29,511 bases of DNA from an uncultured virus (IMG/VR IMGVR_UViG_2882707223_000001) (lineage: Duplodnaviria > Heunggongvirae > Uroviricota > Caudoviricetes). Shown here piece by piece: positions 1-6,951 of the stretch. A program made the translations under genes and the position numbers. The stretch lies in the IMG/VR virus record IMGVR_UViG_2882707223_000001. One strand, given 5' to 3'. The notes beneath the pieces are model-generated. The model was not told the DNA's origin, did not search any database, and saw only the letters and a list, made by a program, of their open reading frames with translations. The stretch's first letter is position 1. Each line of letters begins with the position of its first letter.

Positions 1-80
1 GCAAAAATCAGAATTGTGACACCTGCGAATTAAAGGATCGTTGCAATCTGAAAAAAGAGGGAGGCACAGATGAAAATTAA
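1..80 (+). CDS. 3' end of an upstream gene with a Cys-rich tail (possibly holin), partial
   Basis: Frame from nt 3 reads [25 protein letters not shown] and overlaps the endolysin start; function inferred only from position. Confidence 0.45.
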   Translation, partial: KNQNCDTCELKDRCNLKKEGGTDEN

Positions 81-1482
81 CGAGTTGGCAGTAACGGCGG
101 CGAGTATCATTTTTGACAATGAAGGCAGCTATGGCAGCGTGAATAAAAATGACAATGGGGCGGTTTCGGTCGGCAAGCTGCAATGGCATGGCGGCAGAGC
201 CGCCGCCCTGCTTAAAAGGATCATAAACGCGGAGCCGGAAGCAGAAAGCATTTTAGGCGGCGCGCTTTATGGGGAAATTACCGGAGGCGCAAATTGGGCG
301 GCGCGCATTGTCACCGCAGCAGAGGCGGCAAAGCTGAAAGCGATCTTGACAACCAAAGCGGGAAAGGCAGCGCAGGACGAGCAGGCGATCGCAGATGTGG
401 AAAGTTACATTAAAAAAGGGCAAAGTTACGGATTAACCGATGCGGGCGCACTGATCTATTTCGCGGACGGCGTAAACCAGTACGGAACCGCCTCCGCATT
501 ATGGGAAAAGATCGCGGCAGAGGCGTTAAAAGGCGCGGGCGATGTGCGGGCGATGTATGAGGCAACCACGAAAAACACAAACAAATACCTGACACGCCGC
601 AAAAAGGTATATGAAAAGGTTGAGGCGATGCAGGAAAAGGAGGACACCATGACGGAAAAACAGTTAAGGGAAAAGGCAGTAAATACCGCGAAAGCATGGG
701 AGGGCTGCAAAGAGAGCAACGGAACGCATAAAAAGATCATTGACCTTTACAATTCTGTAAAGCCCCTGCCGCGCGGGTATGCAGTAAAGTATAATGATGC
801 GTGGTGCGCGACATTTGTTAGCGCGGTAGGTATCGCGGCGGGATTGTCAAAGGCGATCTTGCGTGAATGTGGGTGCGGCGCAATGATTGATCTCTATAAG
901 GCGGCGGGGCGTTGGCAGGAAAATGATGCCTATGTGCCGAGTGCGGGCGATGTGGTATTTTATGACTGGCAGGACACCGGCAAGGGCGATAATACCGGCT
1001 ATCCGGATCACGTTGGTTTGGTGTGCGGCGTTTCCGGCAGCACTATTAAAGTGATCGAGGGAAATAAAAATGATGCGGTGGAATACCGCGATTTGCCGGT
1101 AAACGGCAGGTACATCAGGGGTTACGGATTGCCGGACTATAAAAGTATGGCAACGGCAGCAGAGCCGGAAAAACCGACAGCACCGGCAAAAAAGAGCGTT
1201 GCGGAAGTGGCGCGGGAAGTAAAAGCCGGAAAATGGGGTAACAATCCCGAAAGAAAGAAACAGTTAGAGGCGGCGGGCTACAATTACGCCGAAGTGCAGG
1301 CGGCGGTTAATGCCCTTATAAACGGATCCGGATCGGCACCGGAAACATACACCGTAAAGCAGGGCGATACGTTGAGCGCGATCGCAAGGAAATATAATAC
1401 AACGGTTGCCGCCCTTGCAAAGCTGAATAACATTAAAAATGTGAATGTTATCAATGCGGGGCAGGTTTTAAAGTTGAGATAA
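70..1482 (+). CDS. Multidomain phage endolysin: lysozyme-like N-terminal domain + CHAP + Cpl-7/CW_7 + LysM
   Basis: AWCATFVS and DHVGLV...IEGN (CHAP), [24 protein letters not shown] (Cpl-7), [16 protein letters not shown] (LysM); GGAGG RBS. Confidence 0.9.
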   Translation: MKINELAVTAASIIFDNEGSYGSVNKNDNGAVSVGKLQWHGGRAAALLKRIINAEPEAESILGGALYGEITGGANWAARIVTAAEAAKLKAILTTKAGKAAQDEQAIADVESYIKKGQSYGLTDAGALIYFADGVNQYGTASALWEKIAAEALKGAGDVRAMYEATTKNTNKYLTRRKKVYEKVEAMQEKEDTMTEKQLREKAVNTAKAWEGCKESNGTHKKIIDLYNSVKPLPRGYAVKYNDAWCATFVSAVGIAAGLSKAILRECGCGAMIDLYKAAGRWQENDAYVPSAGDVVFYDWQDTGKGDNTGYPDHVGLVCGVSGSTIKVIEGNKNDAVEYRDLPVNGRYIRGYGLPDYKSMATAAEPEKPTAPAKKSVAEVAREVKAGKWGNNPERKKQLEAAGYNYAEVQAAVNALINGSGSAPETYTVKQGDTLSAIARKYNTTVAALAKLNNIKNVNVINAGQVLKLR

Positions 1483-1492
1483 GGAGGCACAC

Positions 1493-1768
1493 ATGGCAGA
1501 AAACAAGGCAAGCAAGGCGGCAGGAGAGGCGCAGGAACCGCCCAAAAAGGAAAAGACATATAAAGTTACCTGCGGTACATTTAAAGCCCGAAATGAGGCG
1601 TTACAGAGGGCGGCAGAGGCAAAAAGGGCGGGCGTTCATGTATCGCTGAAAATCTGCAAGACAGAGTATAGCCTGCTTTATGCGGAGGATATGACGAAAG
1701 CAGAGGCAGAGGCAGCAAGAAAGGCAATCGAGGCGAAAAAGGTAAATGCCGAGGTTTCCGAGCAGTAA
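1493..1768 (+). CDS. Small SPOR-like peptidoglycan-binding protein
   Basis: YKVTCGTFKARNEA resembles the SPOR motif YxVQxGAF; AAGGAGG RBS. Confidence 0.55.
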   Translation: MAENKASKAAGEAQEPPKKEKTYKVTCGTFKARNEALQRAAEAKRAGVHVSLKICKTEYSLLYAEDMTKAEAEAARKAIEAKKVNAEVSEQ

Positions 1769-1789
1769 AGAAATTGTAAATGCAATGTT

Positions 1790-1823
1790 GGGGTATGGCG
1801 CAGGCTATACCCCTTTATTTTTT
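1790..1823 (+). terminator. Intrinsic terminator after the lysis genes
   Basis: GGGGTATGGC-gcag-GCTATACCCC stem followed by a T tract. Confidence 0.8.
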
Positions 1824-1843
1824 GTGCGCGGAAATATTTTTTA

Positions 1844-1891
1844 AAATATTACGCAATATGTATTGACATATTGCGTAATATGTAATATAAT
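1844..1891 (+). promoter_or_regulatory. Consensus sigma-A promoter with palindromic operator, copy 1
   Basis: TTGACA 1863-1868, 17 bp, TATAAT 1886-1891; perfect 16-bp inverted arms ATATTACGCAATATGT / ACATATTGCGTAATAT (1846-1881). Confidence 0.85.
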
Positions 1892-1923
1892 GAATATATC
1901 AAATGAAAGAGAGGTAAAACACC

Positions 1924-2178
1924 ATGAAACAGTTGTTAGAGAAATTAAAAGAGGCAGAGAGAAAAGCAGATGCAGCCGATCGGGAATATGAAAACGATCC
2001 GGAAAATGAGGAAAAGGAAAAGGCTTTTGATTTGGCATATAGCGAAGAATACAAGGCATTTGAGGAATTGGCAAGGGCGATAGTAAAAGCGACAGCGGGC
2101 AAAATCGACACACAGACAGCGGCGGCAATGATAAGAGGCAGGCGGCAGCAGTTGGAAACCATTTTAGGAATGATGTAG
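1924..2178 (+). CDS. Hypothetical small acidic helical protein
   Basis: ORF with GAGAGG RBS right after the consensus promoter. Confidence 0.75.
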   Translation: MKQLLEKLKEAERKADAADREYENDPENEEKEKAFDLAYSEEYKAFEELARAIVKATAGKIDTQTAAAMIRGRRQQLETILGMM

Positions 2179-2190
2179 GAGGGCGGGAAA

Positions 2191-2478
2191 ATGGCAGAGT
2201 ATAGCACATTGGTACAAGCAGCAATCAAAGAGGCACAGCAGACAGCAGCAGAGCAAAGGAAGAAAGCCACAGTTTCGGAAGTATACGAAGGGCGGCTATT
2301 GGAAACGGAATACATAAAGCGTGGCGGCGCGGTGTGGCAGCAAATAAGGGTTGACGGAAAAGTGACGAGCGAAAACAGAGTATATAAAGTAAATTCTGAT
2401 AAACCATATACAAGGGGTTTCGGGCGATATTGGTATTTGGACGATGAGGCAAAAGAGGCGATGCAGGCAGCTTTATAA
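2191..2478 (+). CDS. Hypothetical protein
   Basis: ORF with AGGAGG RBS, co-oriented with the previous gene. Confidence 0.75.
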   Translation: MAEYSTLVQAAIKEAQQTAAEQRKKATVSEVYEGRLLETEYIKRGGAVWQQIRVDGKVTSENRVYKVNSDKPYTRGFGRYWYLDDEAKEAMQAAL

Positions 2479-2485
2479 AGTTTGT

Positions 2486-2533
2486 AAATATTACGCAATA
2501 TGTATTGACATATTGCGTAATATGCGTTATAAT
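2486..2533 (+). promoter_or_regulatory. Consensus sigma-A promoter with palindromic operator, copy 2
   Basis: 2486-2524 is identical to 1844-1882 (39 bp); TTGACA 2505-2510, 17 bp, TATAAT 2528-2533. Confidence 0.85.
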
Positions 2534-2582
2534 ATTCATGTAAACAGTTAAGGGGCGGCACAAAGGAAAGGAAACAAGCCCC

Positions 2583-2714
2583 ATGATAAAGTTAATAGAA
2601 GTTTTGGCAGAAATAGCAATAGTGACAGTCATTGCCTTAGAGATAATAGAGGACATAAAAAATAGGGTTGACAGCGACCAAACCGACAACCCCAAAGACG
2701 ATAAAGAGCAATAG
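2583..2714 (+). CDS. 43-aa hydrophobic peptide, candidate type I toxin (not in ORF track)
   Basis: MIKLIEVLAEIAIVTVIALEIIEDIKNRVDSDQTDNPKDDKEQ; AAAGGA RBS; hydrophobic N-terminus and charged tail. Confidence 0.65.
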   Translation: MIKLIEVLAEIAIVTVIALEIIEDIKNRVDSDQTDNPKDDKEQ

Positions 2715-2743
2715 TAGCTAAGTAACCAAAGCCCCTTAACTGA
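2657..2743 (-). ncRNA. Candidate antisense RNA (type I antitoxin)
   Basis: Minus-strand TTGACT (2776-2771), 16 bp, TGnTATAAT (2754-2749); minus-strand terminator GGGTTGTCGG...TGTCAACCC-TATTTTT at ~2657-2692; ends approximate. Confidence 0.6.
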
Positions 2744-2792
2744 TTTACATTATATCATGGGAGCCGGAAAAGTCAAGAAGGGAGGGTTGAAA

Positions 2793-2975
2793 TTGCGATC
2801 CAACAATGAGTTTAACCAAATTGCATACCAAAACGACTATATCAAAGAAAAGTACGATCGGATTAATTTAACGGTGCCAAAAGGCAGAAAGGAGGAAATA
2901 AAGAAAAGGGCAGCAGCAGCGGGAAAGAGTGTAAACGAATATATAAATAGCTTAATTGATGATGATATGAAATAA
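2793..2975 (+). CDS. Arc/ribbon-helix-helix DNA-binding protein
   Basis: YDRINLTVPKGRKEEIKKRAAAAGKSVNEYI; likely TTG start at 2793 after GGAGGG (ORF track starts at 2757). Confidence 0.8.
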   Translation: MRSNNEFNQIAYQNDYIKEKYDRINLTVPKGRKEEIKKRAAAAGKSVNEYINSLIDDDMK

Positions 2976-2992
2976 AAGGTTTGGCGCGTGTA

Positions 2993-3026
2993 AAGGGCGG
3001 CAGGTAGACTATTACCCGCCGCCCTT
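2993..3026 (+). other. GC-rich hairpin upstream of the transposase
   Basis: AAGGGCGGCAGGTA-gactat-TACCCGCCGCCCTT; no long U tract. Confidence 0.55.
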
Positions 3027-3059
3027 CGGCGTGTGCAGAAAGGAAGATGAAACAATTTT

Positions 3060-4094
3060 ATGAAATCATTTAAACAATTTACATATAATGACCGGTTGCG
3101 GTTGGAGGTATTGGTTAAAGCAAAGCATACACCAAAGGAAATCGCGGAAATTCTACATTTCCATATTAGCACAATTTATAGGGAACTGAACCGAGGACAG
3201 TTTGAGGCGTTAAATTCAGATCTTACAAAAGAAATGAGATATAGCCCTGATATAGCACAGCAACATAAAGAGGAGGTTTTAGCTGCAAAGGGCGCAGATC
3301 TGAAAATTGGGAATGAGCGGGCATTTGCAGAGCGGGTAGAGGAAATCATAATAAAAGAGGGGTACAGCCCCGCGGCGGCACTGGCAAAAGTGAAAGCTGA
3401 AGGATATGATTTTTCAATATGTGTAACTACTCTATATAGTTACATTGATAAGGGCGTTTTTCTGAATTTGACAATGAAACACCTGCCGGAAAAGAGGAAA
3501 GGAGAAAAGAAACATAAGCGGAAAACCACACAAAAGCGGGCTACAAAAGGTGAAAGCATCGAGAACAGACCGGACGAAATAGACACGCGGGAGGAATTTG
3601 GGAATTGGGAAATGGACACCGTTGTAGGGGCGCGGGGAGTTTCTAAAAAATCTTTATTGGTACTGACAGAAAGGAAAACGCGAAAAGAAATTATATTTTT
3701 ACTGAAAGATCATACATCGGCAGCAGTTGTAAAAGCATTAGACCGGTTAGAAAGAAATTTAGGAAAAAAATTTAGAGAAATATTTAAAAGCATTACCGTA
3801 GACAACGGATCGGAATTTGCGGATTGGGAAGGCATGGAGCGATCCAAGCGCAGCAAGAAAAAAAGGACAAAAATATATTACTGTCACCCATATAGCAGTT
3901 GGGAGCGTGGCAGCAACGAGAACCAAAACAAATTAGTGCGCCGCCATATTCCAAAGGGCGTTAATTTTGATGATAAGACGCAGGGGGATATTGACAACAT
4001 AACAGAATGGATCAATAATTACCCGCGCCGCCTACATGAGTACAGAACGGCAGAGGAATTATATAATAAGGAACTGGAAAAAATTGCAGCATAG
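3060..4094 (+). CDS. IS30-family DDE transposase, intact
   Basis: N-terminal HTH (EIAEILHFHISTIYRELNRG); GNWEMDTV, SITVDNGSEF, HPYSSWERGSNEN and INNYPR motifs. Confidence 0.95.
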   Translation: MKSFKQFTYNDRLRLEVLVKAKHTPKEIAEILHFHISTIYRELNRGQFEALNSDLTKEMRYSPDIAQQHKEEVLAAKGADLKIGNERAFAERVEEIIIKEGYSPAAALAKVKAEGYDFSICVTTLYSYIDKGVFLNLTMKHLPEKRKGEKKHKRKTTQKRATKGESIENRPDEIDTREEFGNWEMDTVVGARGVSKKSLLVLTERKTRKEIIFLLKDHTSAAVVKALDRLERNLGKKFREIFKSITVDNGSEFADWEGMERSKRSKKKRTKIYYCHPYSSWERGSNENQNKLVRRHIPKGVNFDDKTQGDIDNITEWINNYPRRLHEYRTAEELYNKELEKIAA

Positions 4095-4106
4095 AACAAA
4101 TGTTTG
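4093..4106. promoter_or_regulatory. LexA/DinR SOS-box-like sequence
   Basis: AGAACAAATGTTTG fits the Firmicutes consensus CGAACRNRYGTTYG except at the first base. Confidence 0.5.
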
Positions 4107-4274
4107 ATACGCAACTACCCTTTATTTCGTGCGCCCATTTTTAGGCATCGCAGAAAGCGATCCGGATCCGGATCTGCATCACATCAACACTCAAACTTAT
4201 TATATGTGAAAATAGCACAATAAAACATTGGTTATGTTGTGCATATTGCTAAAAGTGAAAAAATCAAAAAAAAC

Positions 4275-4300
4275 TTTCGCATTTAATGTTGACATTTTCA
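4275..4300 (-). repeat. IS30-type terminal inverted repeat (single copy), probable right end of prophage A
   Basis: Reverse complement TGAAAATGTCAACATTAAATGCGAAA has the TG...TCAA...TGCG shape of IS30-family ends; contains an outward TTGACA at 4289-4294; composition shifts at 4300. Confidence 0.65.
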
Positions 4301-4400
4301 TTTTATTATCTTATATAAACAAATGCTTGTATATTAACAAATCTTTGTCTATAATAGAGTATGGTGCTGTTTTTTAACTCTTATACAGAAAGGACAAAAT

Positions 4401-4700
4401 ATGGACAAATTTGTAAAAAAACTGGTGAAGAACCACTTAGGGGCGTTTATGAATAAAAGTATAGACGCTTTAGCCTTGGCTGATGAAACATACCTTCAGG
4501 ACAGTAAGGCGGCTGATGAACTGGAAGAACGCTATAACGCTTTAAATATCCCTGAAAAGGATAGAATTGTTATAAATGATTACATAGCGTGTCTGGCAAC
4601 AAAAGAGCATAAAATGCGGGATTTGGCGTATCTGGCAGGTGTGGCTGATAGTATTAAACTTTTTAATGGGTTAGGGGCTATTAAGGATTTGGGGGCGTGA
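4401..4700 (+). CDS. Hypothetical protein
   Basis: AGAAAGGA RBS; upstream TTGTAT-17-TATAAT. Confidence 0.75.
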   Translation: MDKFVKKLVKNHLGAFMNKSIDALALADETYLQDSKAADELEERYNALNIPEKDRIVINDYIACLATKEHKMRDLAYLAGVADSIKLFNGLGAIKDLGA

Positions 4701-4701
4701 T

Positions 4702-4929
4702 GTGATACAAAAAATATTTGAATTTTTGCTTTTTCATTCGGTTGATAATATAAAATTTTATAATTTCTTATGTGATACCTTCCCTAAACTGGAAGAAAAA
4801 TATATGGAAAAAGAAGAAGCAAAAAACAGAGAGATTTGCATACCACAAGAAGATTTAGATCGTATGAGTCACAATGTATGGCAACGGCTGTGTGATTCTT
4901 TTCCTGCGTTAGACAGAAGTAAATTTTAA
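4702..4929 (+). CDS. Hypothetical protein
   Basis: GTG start coupled to the previous stop. Confidence 0.6.
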   Translation: MIQKIFEFLLFHSVDNIKFYNFLCDTFPKLEEKYMEKEEAKNREICIPQEDLDRMSHNVWQRLCDSFPALDRSKF

Positions 4930-4951
4930 TCATTAGAAAGGATTATAAAAA

Positions 4952-5263
4952 ATGGAACAAGAAAAGAAAGATTTTACTAAAAAAATTATGATTGGTGCGG
5001 TGTTGGCGGTATTATATATTGTTGTTTGTTTACCTAAATTTCTTATGAATCCCTTCTTGGGCATTTTTCAATCATTGTTGGGTGCTGTATTTCTTTTTTG
5101 TGCGCCGTGGGGGTGGGGCTTACCTAATAAACTCGTGGCAAAAGGGAACACGGATTATATTATTCCATTCCCTCTATATGTAGCCTTAAAAGCATTTAGC
5201 GCCTTTTTCCTTGGGTGGGCGGGCTTCTTATATGATATATACAAAATGTTTATAAAAAAATAG
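4952..5263 (+). CDS. Small multi-pass membrane protein
   Basis: Three hydrophobic segments, Lys-rich ends, AGAAAGGA RBS; hairpin at 5277-5308 follows. Confidence 0.75.
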   Translation: MEQEKKDFTKKIMIGAVLAVLYIVVCLPKFLMNPFLGIFQSLLGAVFLFCAPWGWGLPNKLVAKGNTDYIIPFPLYVALKAFSAFFLGWAGFLYDIYKMFIKK

Positions 5264-5334
5264 AATCAATTTTTTAAAAGGGCAAGGGGTTTTGATCCCT
5301 TGCTTTTTAAATTTTTATATTATATAATTTATTC

Positions 5335-5473
5335 AGAGAGAAGGAAGAAAAATTATTTTTCCTATTTTTTCACTTATGATTTTTGTATATACTCCCTTAA
5401 TATAAAAAAAGATTGTTTTAAAAATTGAATATCGTGTAAAAAGATTAGCCTTGTAGTGTGCTAATCTTTTTTT
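5335..5473 (+). ncRNA. Candidate sRNA 1
   Basis: TTGCTT(5300)-17-TATAAT(5323), no credible ORF, terminator AAAGATTAGC...GCTAATCTTTTTTT at ~5437-5473. Confidence 0.45.
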
Positions 5474-5559
5474 GTTAATAACCATAGGTTATTGACTGGC
5501 ACAATTTTAATACAACTTATGAAATTAAGTTATAATGAATATGTTATGTTATAAAACAT

Positions 5560-5588
5560 TTGACAAAAATCTCTATTAGGGGTATACT
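5560..5588 (+). promoter_or_regulatory. Sigma-A promoter of the 5753-8877 operon
   Basis: TTGACA-17-TATACT. Confidence 0.65.
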
Positions 5589-5752
5589 GTATATACAACA
5601 TAATAAAAAAGAGAAAATACTAACTAATTAAAGAATTAAAGAATAAAGAGAAAAGGATAATTTTAAACAGTTTTTTTATAAACTGTTGTTTCCTGTTCTC
5701 TTTTTTATTTTGTCTAAATATGAAAAATCTATAAGAAAGGAAATAAAACACA

Positions 5753-5992
5753 ATGAAGAAAATAATTATAAAAATTACTGAAAGACCTAAAAAGCCCTTA
5801 TATGGTGATTATGAAATCTTATACGGCTTAGGTATAGATAGTGACAAGACTATTTATGAATTATATTTTGAAGATAACAACAAAAAAATCGGTAAACTTG
5901 TAAGTGCTAAAAACACAATAACAGGTAAAAACGAAAAATTAGAAAATGTTGTTATAAGGGGGCTTGAAAAATGGCAGACAAAAAGAAAATAA
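5753..5992 (+). CDS. Hypothetical protein
   Basis: AGAAAGGA RBS, 79 aa. Confidence 0.65.
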   Translation: MKKIIIKITERPKKPLYGDYEILYGLGIDSDKTIYELYFEDNNKKIGKLVSAKNTITGKNEKLENVVIRGLEKWQTKRK

Positions 5993-6126
5993 ATTTTAAT
6001 ATCAATAAAAATGTTCTGGCTGATTTAGATAAAAAAGCAAAAGAAAATGATATGACTAGAACAACACTAATTACAATTTTAATAAGAAAATATTTATATA
6101 AGAATGATGAAAGAGAGGTTATTTAA
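5971..6126 (+). CDS. CopG/ribbon-helix-helix protein, 51 aa (not in ORF track)
   Basis: MADKKKINFNINKNVLADLDKKAKENDMTRTTLITILIRKYL...; alternating beta strand then two helices; AAGGGGG RBS. Confidence 0.75.
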   Translation: MADKKKINFNINKNVLADLDKKAKENDMTRTTLITILIRKYLYKNDEREVI

Positions 6127-6127
6127 A

Positions 6128-6931
6128 ATGAAAAATAATAAATTAAATAAAAAAATTATAATCCCTGTTCTTATGGGGGCTTTAACAATAGCAAATTTAA
6201 CCAGTCCAGTCCACGCTGATCCTTCTGCGGCTGATAATGATTATCAAATAATAGTTATAGAAAAAGATCCCGAAACTGGAAAATATGTAAAAAAAATTTC
6301 TTACACAGAACACGCTTATTTCGGAACTACTGGATTTTGTAATATCTGCAATATGACAATCAATGAAGGAAATCATACAAACAAACTTGTAAAAGATGAA
6401 GATAAAGGCATTATCATTGGTAAAGATGAAGAAAGCGGTATTCCTGTTATTCCAGAAGATAATAGGGGCGTTGTTATTGGTAAAGATGAAGAAAGCGGCG
6501 TTCCTGAAATATCTACAACTAATGTTATTGTAAAAATGAACGGTGATGTTATAAATATTGACTGTAAAAGCGGCACTTATAAAGAAGTTTTTAACTATAT
6601 AAAAAATCTTGGTTATACAGATTTTACAGTTAAAAATTATTGGAACACACAAGTTTATTCTTGGTATAAATACGATAATAAAAAAATTTGTGATGTATTT
6701 TTAAATAATAATACTACTACAAATAAAGATGAAAAAGTTGTTGTTCAGTCTTTAAAAATCAATGGTAAATTTGTTGACATTGAATGTAAAAGCGGCACTT
6801 ATAAAGAAGTTTTTAACTATATAAAAAATCTTGGTTATACAGATTTTACAGTTAAAAACTATTGGAACACAACCGTTTACGCTTGGTATAACATAAACGA
6901 AAGCGGTAAATGTGAAGTATTTTTTAAATAA
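6128..6931 (+). CDS. Secreted protein with CxxC motif and a duplicated C-terminal domain
   Basis: Signal peptide MKNNKLNKKIIIPVLMGALTIANLTSPVHA; two ~55-aa copies of CKSGTYKEVFNYIKNLGYTDFTVKNYWNT; start reassigned from 6104. Confidence 0.8.
   Translation: MKNNKLNKKIIIPVLMGALTIANLTSPVHADPSAADNDYQIIVIEKDPETGKYVKKISYTEHAYFGTTGFCNICNMTINEGNHTNKLVKDEDKGIIIGKDEESGIPVIPEDNRGVVIGKDEESGVPEISTTNVIVKMNGDVINIDCKSGTYKEVFNYIKNLGYTDFTVKNYWNTQVYSWYKYDNKKICDVFLNNNTTTNKDEKVVVQSLKINGKFVDIECKSGTYKEVFNYIKNLGYTDFTVKNYWNTTVYAWYNINESGKCEVFFK
6563..6871 (+). repeat. Direct repeat 6563-6649 / 6785-6871
   Basis: 86 of 87 nt identical, offset 222 nt. Confidence 0.9.
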
Positions 6932-6951
6932 ATAGAAAGAAGGTAATAAGA

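Larger units (their letters stand above)
1..4300. mobile_element. Right end of prophage A (lysis module, accessory genes, terminal IS30-family transposase)
   Basis: Endolysin followed by small accessory genes and a transposase; an IS30-like terminal repeat ends in CA at 4300 and the sequence turns sharply AT-rich afterwards. Confidence 0.75.

Noticed and set aside
1844..2524. Mini-CRISPR or att pair from the 39-bp repeats
   Set aside because: Only two copies, 642 bp apart, each centred on a consensus promoter; operator-promoter duplication explains them
1841..2695. Minus-strand ORFs sharing IITHITQYVNTYCVIF-like text
   Set aside because: The similarity is just the duplicated promoter translated in reverse
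3060..4300. Ordinary stand-alone IS30 insertion
   Set aside because: No left inverted repeat found upstream by eye and the single end coincides with the prophage boundary; kept only as the alternative hypothesis
5524..5553. Second dif-like site (TTATAA-TGAATATG-TTATGTTATAA)
   Set aside because: 8-bp spacer and poor left arm in very AT-rich DNA; likely chance
6563..6900. Possible DGR template/variable repeat pair
   Set aside because: Differences are not adenine-specific, both copies are in frame in one gene, and no reverse transcriptase is present
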